Positions 18,740 to 27,570 of a stretch of 64,000 nucleotides of DNA are shown here, one piece after another. Position numbers and translations under genes: made by a program. This DNA comes from Candidatus Parcubacteria bacterium (GTDB taxonomy: Bacteria > Patescibacteriota > Minisyncoccia > Phycocordibacterales > CAIJYI01). The stretch is taken from positions 8,086-72,085 of the forward strand of contig JAPLYL010000004.1 in the NCBI GenBank assembly GCA_026395595.1, written 5' to 3'. Positions within the stretch are counted from its first letter, which is position 1. Each line of letters opens with the position of its first letter. The notes below the pieces were generated by a model that did no database searches, was not told the DNA's origin, and saw only the letters and a list, made by a program, of their open reading frames with translations.

Positions 18740-18946
18740 TTATTCGCTAAACGTTAATTCAATGACATCGCCGGTGTGAACCGTTAGCCTGTTGAGAAAT
18801 ACTGTTTCGCCGTTGAGCGTGATTGATTCATATTTGACTCCATCAAGTCCCAGTAATCGCAATACCTGAAAGAGGCTTTGCGCGTCATGGTTTCTTCCGA
18901 CTTTGATTATTGTTTTGGCGGTGGTTTCTTGTATTATTACAGACAT
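18740..18946 (-). CDS. Small (68 aa) protein, possible beta-grasp or S4-like fold; function unknown
   Basis: ITLNGETV...GDVIEL pattern reminiscent of ThiS/MoaD or S4 domains but no C-terminal GG. Confidence 0.35.
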   Translation of the reverse strand: MSVIIQETTAKTIIKVGRNHDAQSLFQVLRLLGLDGVKYESITLNGETVFLNRLTVHTGDVIELTFSE

Positions 18947-19059
18947 TTTGTGTCTCCTCTTTTGCCCGCAATAGCTCGTAGAGAGCGATGGCAGGTTTTG
19001 TTGTGTGAAAATCTTTGCTTATTATATACAGGTTTTAGTATATTGTCAATACCAGACTC

Positions 19060-20079
19060 TTGTGGTACCATAAACTTCTTATGGAGCTTTCCAAAATACA
19101 GGAATTATTGGCGGGGGAACCGAAATACCGGTTGACGCAGGTCAATCAGGCTGTTTTTGGTGAATTGACGGAAGATTGGAATACGGTAACCGGATTACCG
19201 AAAGCTCTTCGCGAAAAATTGCAGGCGGAATGTCCTCTTGATATTTCTTCGGAGGTTTCCGTTTCTTCGGATAAAGATACAGTAAAAGCCCTCCTTAAAC
19301 TTTCCGACGGGAAATTCATAGAAACGGTTTTGATGCGCCACGAAGACGGACGGAACACTGTCTGCGTATCCTCCATGGTCGGATGTCCGATGAAGTGCGC
19401 TTTTTGCGCGACGGGAGAAATGGGTTTGATGCGAAAATTGACCGCTGATGAAATCATTACGCAGGTTTTGTTTTTTGCGCGTCTTTTAAAGAAAGAGAAT
19501 GAACGGGTCGGAAGCGCTGTCTTTATGGGGATGGGTGAACCGTTTTTGAATTATGATAACGTTATGAAAGCCGTTCGCGTCATGAACAGACCCGAAGGTT
19601 TCGGTATTGGCGCACGGCATATTTCCATTTCCACTTGCGGAATTTTTGAGGGGATAAAAAAACTTTCCGAAGAAGATTTGGCGCTCAATCTGGCGATTTC
19701 TCTCCATGCTTCAAATGATGAAGTCCGAGAAAAACTGATGCCGGTAGCGCATGGATATGCCATCAAAGAACTTCTTGCGGTCATTGATGAATACATCGCC
19801 AAAACAAAAAGAAAAGTTATGTTTGAATACCTTATGATCAACGGAGTGAATGATACCGATAAAATGGCAGAGGAACTTGCCAGACTTCTGAAAAAGAAAC
19901 TTTGCGTGGTAAACCTGATACAGTACAACGACACGGGAAGTTTCATTGCTTCTTCGCACAATAGAATGAACCGTTTCAAAGAAATTCTTGAAAAGAACAG
20001 CGTGCCGGCGACGATGCGCTATCGTTTCGGTCGGGATATTAAAGGCGCGTGCGGACAGCTCGCGACCGGAAGAAATTAA
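19060..20079 (+). CDS. rlmN: 23S rRNA/tRNA adenine-C2 methyltransferase RlmN (radical SAM)
   Basis: CPMKCAFCATGE radical-SAM CxxxCxxC, GMGEP, characteristic RlmN C-terminus. Confidence 0.9.
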   Translation: MWYHKLLMELSKIQELLAGEPKYRLTQVNQAVFGELTEDWNTVTGLPKALREKLQAECPLDISSEVSVSSDKDTVKALLKLSDGKFIETVLMRHEDGRNTVCVSSMVGCPMKCAFCATGEMGLMRKLTADEIITQVLFFARLLKKENERVGSAVFMGMGEPFLNYDNVMKAVRVMNRPEGFGIGARHISISTCGIFEGIKKLSEEDLALNLAISLHASNDEVREKLMPVAHGYAIKELLAVIDEYIAKTKRKVMFEYLMINGVNDTDKMAEELARLLKKKLCVVNLIQYNDTGSFIASSHNRMNRFKEILEKNSVPATMRYRFGRDIKGACGQLATGRN

Positions 20080-20332
20080 AATGTCCTTGTGGATAACTTT
20101 TAAGAAAGCCCGTTTTTTATGGGTAAAACACACTGACAAAAAGTTGGCGTGTTTTTATTTCCTCGTGATATAATAAGTATTCAAACTTCCATTTAAACCA
20201 TTAGAAATAATCTCTTCCCAAAGAGTCTCTCGCTAAAACTATACAAAAAAAGAACATTTTCCATTCTCACCGATAAAGAAAGCGATTTCTTTACCAGGTT
20301 TCTATTCGGCACTAAAAATTTAATAAAATCGT

Positions 20333-23083
20333 ATGATAAAAAACATCAAAAAACGCGATGGCGCGCTGGCTTTATTTGATACATCCAAAATAATGGCGGC
20401 TTTGGAAAAGTCGTTTCTTGGAACAGGAACGGAGATTGCTAAAGAAGATCTTTGTATGCTGTCTGACGGAATCGTAAACGCTTTGGAGGAGACTTTTGGG
20501 GAAACAAAAATTCCCAGCGTGGAAGATATTCAAAATATGGCGGAAAAAATACTGATGGAAGCGGAACACTATGAGGTGGCGAAAGCTTATATCCTCTATC
20601 GCAATGAAAGAGAAAAAAAGCGAGCGGAAAAAGACGAAGTAATCGAAATCACAGTAACAAAAAGCAGTGGCAAAAAAGAAAAGTTTTCTCTGGAGAAGAT
20701 ACGGAAAAATCTCCGATATTTCATAAGAGAAGAAGAGGAATCCATTGATACTGATGCGGTCGTCGCTCAATGCCAGAATGAAGTATATGACGGGATTACC
20801 ACGGAAGAAGTTCGGCGCGCTCTCATTATGGTCGTGCGTTCCATGATAGAGATTGACCCAGCCTATTCAAAACTCGCCGCACGTCTGCTTTTGGATAAAA
20901 TTTACCGAGAAGTATTCGGTATGGGTTTTCGATACGAAAATATCGCGGACGAACACAAAAAAGTATTTTCCCGAAACATAAAAAATGCCGTGGCCAATGG
21001 TTTTTTGGACGAACGCATGTTGGCTTTTGATACGGAGAAGCTTTCAGAAACTTTCCATCAAGAAAATGATTATTTCTTTGAATATATGGGGCTTGAGATC
21101 CTTTCTTCGCGGTATTTAATGGAAGATACTGAGACGAAAAAAATTATGGAAACCCCGCAGATGTTTTGGATGCGTGTTGCTATGGGGACGGCCATGAACG
21201 AAAAAGAAGAAGACCGCGAACGGGTGGTGGCGGAATTTTACGAAGTCCTTTCTAATTTTTACTACACTCCCGGTGGAAGAACCCTCTTCCAAGCAGGAGC
21301 AAAAAAGGCGCAATTGGCCAATTGTTTTGTAAATGTCGTTCCAGATTCCTTGGACTCGATTTTCAAATCATTTTCGGATAATGCTCAATATCTTAAATGG
21401 TCGGGTGGTACTGGCACGAGTTGGACTCCGCTTCGCGCCACTGGCGCTCCGATAAAAGGAACGGGGGTAAACAGTCAGGGGATCATTCCTTTTTTAAAGA
21501 TAGCCAACGATGTAAATGTGGCCATCAACCGCAGCGGAAAACGGCGAGGCGCAGGATGCGTATATCTCGAGACATGGCATCTTGATATTGAGGACTTTCT
21601 GGAACTCCGAAAAAATACCGGAGATGAACGCCGTCGCACTCATGATATCAATACCGCGAATTGGGTCCCGGATCTTTTTATGAAACGGGTCAGAGACGGC
21701 GGGCAGTGGACTCTTTTTTCTCCTCATGAAGTGCCGGAACTGCATGAAATTTACGGAGCGAGGTTTGAAAAAAAATATGTTGAATATGAAAGAATGGCGG
21801 ATGAAGGAAAAATAAAAATGTCAAAACGTTTGCCGGCCGCCGACCTTTGGAAAAAAATGCTCGCCATGCTTTTTGAAACGGGTCATCCGTGGATTACGTG
21901 GAAAGATCCTTGCAACATTCGTTCTCCTCAAGACCATGTCGGAACAGTGCATAGTTCCAACCTTTGTACGGAAATCACTCTTAACACTTCTTCGGATGAA
22001 ACGGCGGTGTGTACTTTGGGTTCTTTGAATTTTGCCAAATTTATAACGAATGGTAAGCTTGATAACGAATTGATTGGAAAGGTTGTTAAAAGCGCCGTCA
22101 GGATGCTGGACAATGTGATAGATATCAACTTTTATCCGACAGAAGATGCGGAAAAAGGGAGCATGAGGCATCGTCCGGTCGGCCTCGGAATACGAGGATA
22201 TCATGACGCGCTCTATCTGCTCGGTATTCCTTTTGCCTCCAAGGAAGCTGTTGACTTCGCTGATGAATCAATGGAGATTGTTTCCTATTATGCCATTCTC
22301 GCGTCTTCGGAACTTGCGCGCGAACGCGGAACTTATTCAACCTATGCCGGTTCAAAATGGGAGAGGAATATCTTTCCCGAGGATACCATTGATCTTTTGC
22401 AAAAAGAGAGAGGTGAAGAAATCCCCATTCTTCGCGGAGGAAAACTTGATTGGACTCCAGTGCGAGCTTCTGTGAAAAAAAACGGAATGAGAAACTCAAA
22501 TGTTATGGCTATCGCCCCGACTGCTAGTACTGCGAATCTTGTCGGGTGTATTCCTTGCGTTGAGCCGATTTACAAAAACATTTATGTGAAGTCAAACAAA
22601 GAAGGGGATTTCATTGTGGTGAATAAGTATCTGGTGGAAGATCTCAAATCGCTGGGGCTTTGGGACAAAAAGATGCTGAATAAAATAAAATATCACGACG
22701 GTTCCATTCAAGAGATTGAGGATATCCCCGATGAGATAAAGATAAAACATAAGGAAGTTTTTGAGATCGGACAGCGTTGGATTGTGGAGGCGGCGGCTCG
22801 GCGCGCGAAATGGATAGATCAGTCGCAATCCATCAATATCTTTTTTAATGGAACATCTGGGCGCGAACTTTCGGAGATCTACTTTTACGCGTGGAAACAC
22901 GGACTCAAGACGACGTATTATCTTCGTACGCTCAGCGCTTCTCAGGTGGAAAAATCTACGATTAGTACAGCGGAGTTCGGTTCAACACACAATCGCAAAC
23001 GTTCCGATACGACGACAGAAGAACATCTGAAAAAAGTCGCGAGCGGCGAAGCGGTCGGACTCTGTGAATCTTGCGAGGGTTAG
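20333..23083 (+). CDS. nrdA: Ribonucleoside-diphosphate reductase alpha subunit (class I) with N-terminal ATP-cone
   Basis: ATP-cone (KRDGALALFDTSKI), catalytic blocks (NLCTEI, GLGIRGYHDA), C-terminal CESCEG redox tail. Confidence 0.95.
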   Translation: MIKNIKKRDGALALFDTSKIMAALEKSFLGTGTEIAKEDLCMLSDGIVNALEETFGETKIPSVEDIQNMAEKILMEAEHYEVAKAYILYRNEREKKRAEKDEVIEITVTKSSGKKEKFSLEKIRKNLRYFIREEEESIDTDAVVAQCQNEVYDGITTEEVRRALIMVVRSMIEIDPAYSKLAARLLLDKIYREVFGMGFRYENIADEHKKVFSRNIKNAVANGFLDERMLAFDTEKLSETFHQENDYFFEYMGLEILSSRYLMEDTETKKIMETPQMFWMRVAMGTAMNEKEEDRERVVAEFYEVLSNFYYTPGGRTLFQAGAKKAQLANCFVNVVPDSLDSIFKSFSDNAQYLKWSGGTGTSWTPLRATGAPIKGTGVNSQGIIPFLKIANDVNVAINRSGKRRGAGCVYLETWHLDIEDFLELRKNTGDERRRTHDINTANWVPDLFMKRVRDGGQWTLFSPHEVPELHEIYGARFEKKYVEYERMADEGKIKMSKRLPAADLWKKMLAMLFETGHPWITWKDPCNIRSPQDHVGTVHSSNLCTEITLNTSSDETAVCTLGSLNFAKFITNGKLDNELIGKVVKSAVRMLDNVIDINFYPTEDAEKGSMRHRPVGLGIRGYHDALYLLGIPFASKEAVDFADESMEIVSYYAILASSELARERGTYSTYAGSKWERNIFPEDTIDLLQKERGEEIPILRGGKLDWTPVRASVKKNGMRNSNVMAIAPTASTANLVGCIPCVEPIYKNIYVKSNKEGDFIVVNKYLVEDLKSLGLWDKKMLNKIKYHDGSIQEIEDIPDEIKIKHKEVFEIGQRWIVEAAARRAKWIDQSQSINIFFNGTSGRELSEIYFYAWKHGLKTTYYLRTLSASQVEKSTISTAEFGSTHNRKRSDTTTEEHLKKVASGEAVGLCESCEG

Positions 23084-23129
23084 CCGTTCGTAACTTTCAA
23101 CTTTTTACTTTTAACTTTCAACTTTCAAT

Positions 23130-24164
23130 ATGTCCATACAAATAAACGCCAAGCCGGTAGACATCAACCAGCGCCGGATCATTAACGGAAAAGATGCCGA
23201 TGTCATGCAGTTGTATCCCATGCGCCACACCTTTGCGTGGGACGCTTACGGAGTGGGGAATGCCAACCATTGGCTTCCGACGGAGATTGGAATGCAGAAA
23301 GACATTGAACAATGGAGGTCTCCGACCGCGCTTTCTGCTGATGAACGGCAAGCGTTTGAAACGGTGCTCGGATTTTTTACGACCGCCGACTCCATTGCCG
23401 CCAACAATGTCGTGCTGGCGTTGTACAAGCATGTCACTTCTCCTGAAGTGCGCATGTACTTGCTTCGGCAGGGATACGAAGAAGCGATACACACCCATGC
23501 GTATCAATATATCGTAGAGTCTTTGGGGTTGGATGAAGCGAAGATATTCAACATGTACCGAGAAGTGGAAGCCATCTATAAAAAAGATGATCTCGTGCTT
23601 TCTTTGAATGAAGGAATTTTTGACCCGCTCTACAAAACGGGGACGTTTGAAAACGACCAGAAATTCTTGGAGAATTGGGCGGTCTTCGCTCTCGTCATGG
23701 AGGGAATTTTCTTTTACAGTTCTTTTGCCGTTATGTTTGGTTTTCAGCGTCAGAACAAGATGGTCGGTGCCGCGGAACAGATACAATACATTATGCGCGA
23801 TGAATCCCAGCATTTGAATTTCGGTATCAATATCGTGAATACCATAAAGGAGGAACAACCGGAACTCTGGACGCAAGAATTTCAAGATCATTTGGTGGAT
23901 ATCATTCGCCGCGCGGTCGTTTTGGAATATACGTTCGCGAAAGAAGTTTTCCCGAAAGGAATTTTCGGAATGAACGCAGTGGGCTTCAAACAATATATTG
24001 AATACATTGCCGACAGAAGACTGGAACGGGTCGGTTTGCCGATTCAGTACCATGTGGAAAATCCTTTTCCTTGGATGAGTGAGGCGATAGATATTTCAAA
24101 AGAAAAGAACTTTTTTGAGACGAGGGTGACGGAATACAAAGTGGGCGGACAATTGGAGTGGTAA
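23130..24164 (+). CDS. nrdB: Ribonucleoside-diphosphate reductase beta subunit
   Basis: Di-iron ferritin-like motifs (EEAIHTHAY, MRDESQHLNFG), C-terminal tail. Confidence 0.95.
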   Translation: MSIQINAKPVDINQRRIINGKDADVMQLYPMRHTFAWDAYGVGNANHWLPTEIGMQKDIEQWRSPTALSADERQAFETVLGFFTTADSIAANNVVLALYKHVTSPEVRMYLLRQGYEEAIHTHAYQYIVESLGLDEAKIFNMYREVEAIYKKDDLVLSLNEGIFDPLYKTGTFENDQKFLENWAVFALVMEGIFFYSSFAVMFGFQRQNKMVGAAEQIQYIMRDESQHLNFGINIVNTIKEEQPELWTQEFQDHLVDIIRRAVVLEYTFAKEVFPKGIFGMNAVGFKQYIEYIADRRLERVGLPIQYHVENPFPWMSEAIDISKEKNFFETRVTEYKVGGQLEW

Positions 24165-24216
24165 AAATAAAAACACTTGGCGGTGAAACCGCCAAGTGTT
24201 TTTTGCTGTTCATCCC

Positions 24217-25404
24217 TTAAGCAACAAGTAAACCGGCAAAACTCAAAATGGAAACAGCAAGCAATGATAGGGCGAGTCGGATAGCGAATTTTCTCGTGCC
24301 CTGAATATAAGAATACACCATTTTGCTGACGAGATTAGTCGTATTGACCAGTAAGAATGTCAGAACGGCAAATTGCAAATTTACGCAGGTAATGAGAATC
24401 GCAAAACGAAGCGCTGATTCCAAAGAAAAGATTTTGAAGTCTTTGATACCGTGTTCTTTCTCGTGCAGTTCCGGCTCCTCTTTTTTGAGAAAATAAATAG
24501 CGAGAAGTCCTGCTGTGACGACCATGATAACCAAACTCGGAAGCAAGGAAATAAGCCATTTGCCGTTTAAGGGGCCTGCAAGGAGAAATACTTGCAGGAA
24601 GCTTGCCATATTAGAGAGAAGCGCCGCTCCGATTAAATAGTTTACGGCGGAAGTATGCTGGCTTCTTTGGGCCAGAGATTGAGTGGCAGAAGTGGAAGAA
24701 ACGAAACCGCCGATAAAACTTGCTACGGTAAAACTTTTCTTGTTGCCGATAATGCGACCGAGAATGTAGCCGAAAACGTCAATTCCTGTGATCAAAACGA
24801 CGACAATCCAAAGCTTTTGAGGATTGATAAGCTCCAAGGTTTCAAACTGTCCAAGATTGATTCCTATATTATTGAATATCTGAATGACTATCGGCATACT
24901 ATCCAGCGTATATCCGATATTCGGAAGAAAAGGCAGAATGACAAGCGAAATAATGGCGTAGGTGGTGAACGATTCTATTTCGCTGCCGGTAACGCCCGCG
25001 GCAAGTTTTTTTGTTTTTGCTTTAATGGAGAGAATAAGAACCAAAAATACGAAAAGCGCTACCACTAGCTGGAGCGGGATAATATCAAGCATGGGTAAAG
25101 CGCCGATAATAAAAGTAAAGAGAATGGAAACTTCCGTTGTCATTCCAAAATCTTTCGTAGTAAGGGAACCCATCGCGTAGTACACGATGACAATAGCAAA
25201 GAAAACCGTCGCGAGTGCGGTCGCGAGTATCGGCAAATTATTGACGTATAAAACACCGGAGATTGAACCGAGGAGCGCAATAAGCGAATAGGTGCGCATT
25301 CCGCCAGCGGAACCTTCTTTCGGTTGACTGCTTTCTCTTTCTAAACCGACGGCTGCACCGAAAAGGAGAGCCAAAACGAACTTATATGCCAAAATGGACA
25401 TCAT
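24217..25404 (-). CDS. MgtC/SapB-family membrane protein with C-terminal polytopic extension
   Basis: N-terminal AAVGLERE motif typical of MgtC; about 10 hydrophobic segments. Confidence 0.65.
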   Translation of the reverse strand: MMSILAYKFVLALLFGAAVGLERESSQPKEGSAGGMRTYSLIALLGSISGVLYVNNLPILATALATVFFAIVIVYYAMGSLTTKDFGMTTEVSILFTFIIGALPMLDIIPLQLVVALFVFLVLILSIKAKTKKLAAGVTGSEIESFTTYAIISLVILPFLPNIGYTLDSMPIVIQIFNNIGINLGQFETLELINPQKLWIVVVLITGIDVFGYILGRIIGNKKSFTVASFIGGFVSSTSATQSLAQRSQHTSAVNYLIGAALLSNMASFLQVFLLAGPLNGKWLISLLPSLVIMVVTAGLLAIYFLKKEEPELHEKEHGIKDFKIFSLESALRFAILITCVNLQFAVLTFLLVNTTNLVSKMVYSYIQGTRKFAIRLALSLLAVSILSFAGLLVA

Positions 25405-25476
25405 AAAAAAAAGAGGATATTGATAAAAGTTAATACTTACTATATTTTACCTTATTTCTCTCTTCTCTCCAAATTG

Positions 25477-25504
25477 TTGACAAAAAATATAATTGTGCTA
25501 TACT
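25477..25504 (+). promoter_or_regulatory. Sigma70-like promoter (TTGACA-16-TATACT)
   Basis: TTGACA at 25477-25482, 16-nt spacer, TATACT at 25499-25504. Confidence 0.5.
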
Positions 25505-25510
25505 TACATC

Positions 25511-25822
25511 AGATAAGGGCGGTGAGCCGGACACCTCCCGAGATACAAGGTATCTCAATTCCCTCAAGTGGGAACCCGGTTAGTCTCGGAAAGCATTTCT
25601 CGGCTTAATGAGATGAAAAACGTTTACCTTTCTGCCACGTTAAGAAAGGAAGGAGATAGCCGAAAGTATTCAATCCTCAGGATATGAAAAGGTGAAAAGA
25701 CGAGGAGACGCACGCGCGGAGAATTCGTCTGAGTTCTCAAAACAAGTAAGAAGACATTGAAGTCACAAATAAGTCAATCAGGCGACAGATACACCCCCGG
25801 AACTGAGTTCCGGGGTTTTCTA
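25511..25822 (+). ncRNA. Candidate structured non-coding RNA (~310 nt), class undetermined
   Basis: Bounded by the consensus promoter above and a strong intrinsic terminator (cccccggaac-tgag-ttccgggg + TTTTCT, 25794-25822); no credible ORF; several internal hairpins. Confidence 0.3.
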
Positions 25823-25886
25823 TTGTGACACGAAAAAGTTTTCGCCGGTAGTTTATTTTTGAAAACATGGCGGTATAATTCTTTTT

Positions 25887-27257
25887 ATGAAAAAAATACT
25901 TTTTGCCGTTTTGTTTTTTGCGCCCGCTTTTGCGTTTGCGGACGTGAGAATAAATGAGATTGCTTGGATGGGGGATCTTGTTTCCTCTGATCATGAATGG
26001 ATTGAGTTATATAATGACAACGATGCATCACAAGATTTGTCCGGGTGGAAATTTTTTGGTATTGACTCGTCCGATTCAACAAAAGAGAAATTTTCATTTT
26101 CCTTATCCGGATCAATTTCTGGAAAGGGGTACTTTTTGATCGAGAGTAAAAGGACATTAAAGGACCTTTCTCCTTATCTTGCTTCCGATATTGCTCCTGT
26201 TACATTTTCTTTGGTGAATACAGGGGAAGTCCTTTTGTTAAAAAATGCTGATGGTTCAAAAATAGATGAAGTAAAGCCTTCATTAAAAACAAAATGGGAC
26301 AAAGGAAATAATACCACTAAAGAAACCATGCAGTGGAACGGTTCTCAATGGATTGAAGCAACTCCAACACCAAGATTAAAAAATAAAATGGTTGATACCG
26401 TTGTCATTCCAAAAATAGAAACGGAGGCAAAAACCGATTCTTCTTCTGTTTCAAACAATTCTGGCACTTCCGCTCATGAAAGCCCTCTTCCTTTGAGCGA
26501 TTTTTCTCAAAAGCAGGAATTGTCGGTTTCCGCTGGAAGAAATCGTATCACAGCGGTAGGGAATTCGGTTGTTTTTGAAACCTATGCGGTGGATGCAAAA
26601 GGAGGAAAAGCGCAGAATGTTTCTTCTTTGTGGTCATTCGGGGACGGGCTGCAAGCCGGCGGCTCAAAGGTCTCGCATGTCTACAAATATCCCGGAGACT
26701 ATGCTGTGGTTTTGAATGTTATGTCGGGCGAAAATCAAGCGGTATCGCGCGCGGAAGTGAAAGTTTTTTCTCCGGAAATTTCTTTTGAAATGGCAGAGGA
26801 TGGGACGATTTTTTTGGTCAATAATTCTTCGTATGAATTGAATATCGGCGGCTGGAAAATTACAGGAACGACGGGAAATTTTGTTATCGCTCCTGATACT
26901 ATTATAGAAGCGGGGAAGAAAATAATTTTTTCAAAAGTGATCACGGGGATTGATTTTTCTCTGTGCCAAGCGGTTGATCTTTTGTCGGGTGATGGAATGA
27001 TTGTTTCAAGTTTTGCGAAAGTTCAAAAAGTGATAATGCCGGTCGCAACAACACTAATAGAAATTCCTGTTGTTGCTGAAAAAAAGATTGAGCCGGTTGT
27101 CTCTATTGCTCCCGTTGTTTCAAAACTGAAAACAGAAACTGCCGCGGCAATAATCTCCGTTCCCACTCTTGAAAAAGAAAAAACAATGCCGGCGCAAAAG
27201 ATTACTCTCAAAAAACCGGACGGATTTTTCACAAAAATTTGGAAAATGTTTTTTTAG
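25887..27257 (+). CDS. Secreted lamin-tail-domain (LTD) protein
   Basis: Signal peptide then VRINEIAWMG...EWIELYNDN...LSGWKF LTD signature; second LTD-like block (ISFEMAEDGTIFLVNNS...GGWKI). Confidence 0.75.
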   Translation: MKKILFAVLFFAPAFAFADVRINEIAWMGDLVSSDHEWIELYNDNDASQDLSGWKFFGIDSSDSTKEKFSFSLSGSISGKGYFLIESKRTLKDLSPYLASDIAPVTFSLVNTGEVLLLKNADGSKIDEVKPSLKTKWDKGNNTTKETMQWNGSQWIEATPTPRLKNKMVDTVVIPKIETEAKTDSSSVSNNSGTSAHESPLPLSDFSQKQELSVSAGRNRITAVGNSVVFETYAVDAKGGKAQNVSSLWSFGDGLQAGGSKVSHVYKYPGDYAVVLNVMSGENQAVSRAEVKVFSPEISFEMAEDGTIFLVNNSSYELNIGGWKITGTTGNFVIAPDTIIEAGKKIIFSKVITGIDFSLCQAVDLLSGDGMIVSSFAKVQKVIMPVATTLIEIPVVAEKKIEPVVSIAPVVSKLKTETAAAIISVPTLEKEKTMPAQKITLKKPDGFFTKIWKMFF

Positions 27258-27273
27258 AAGACATAAACTTTAA

Positions 27274-27303
27274 AAAACCTCGCAGATGCGAGGTTTTTCT
27301 TTT
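27274..27303 (+). terminator. Intrinsic terminator after LTD gene
   Basis: aacctcgca-gat-gcgaggtt + TTTTCTTTT. Confidence 0.7.
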
Positions 27304-27570
27304 GTCTGTTTTTTTGTGAAAACAGAAAGTTTGACGGTTCGCAACTATGCTGTTTTCTGAAATACCTGAACAGAGCCGTATTTTGGAAAAGTTTGCCAAA
27401 ATATGAAAAAAAGTTTCTTGCGGTGTGTTGAAAAACATTTCGTTTTTTATTGACGGGTCAAAATAAAGAGAATAGTCTTTTTCGTACGCATAAATCGTTT
27501 TTTTAACGCGCGTATTTTTATATCGTAAACTTTTATTAGAAATTTATTAACTCGTTTAGTACAAAGAATT

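Noticed and set aside
20100-20332. NrdR box upstream of nrdA
   Set aside because: An inverted repeat aaacacac...gtgttttt is present, but it does not match the 16-bp NrdR palindrome or its tandem spacing, and no nrdR gene is visible.
25511-25822. RNase P RNA assignment for the promoter-to-terminator RNA candidate
   Set aside because: Fragments resembling CR-IV (GGUGAAA) and CR-V (CGGCUUA) occur in the wrong 5'-to-3' order, and no convincing P4 pairing or GGAAAGUCC element was found; kept only as an unclassified RNA candidate.
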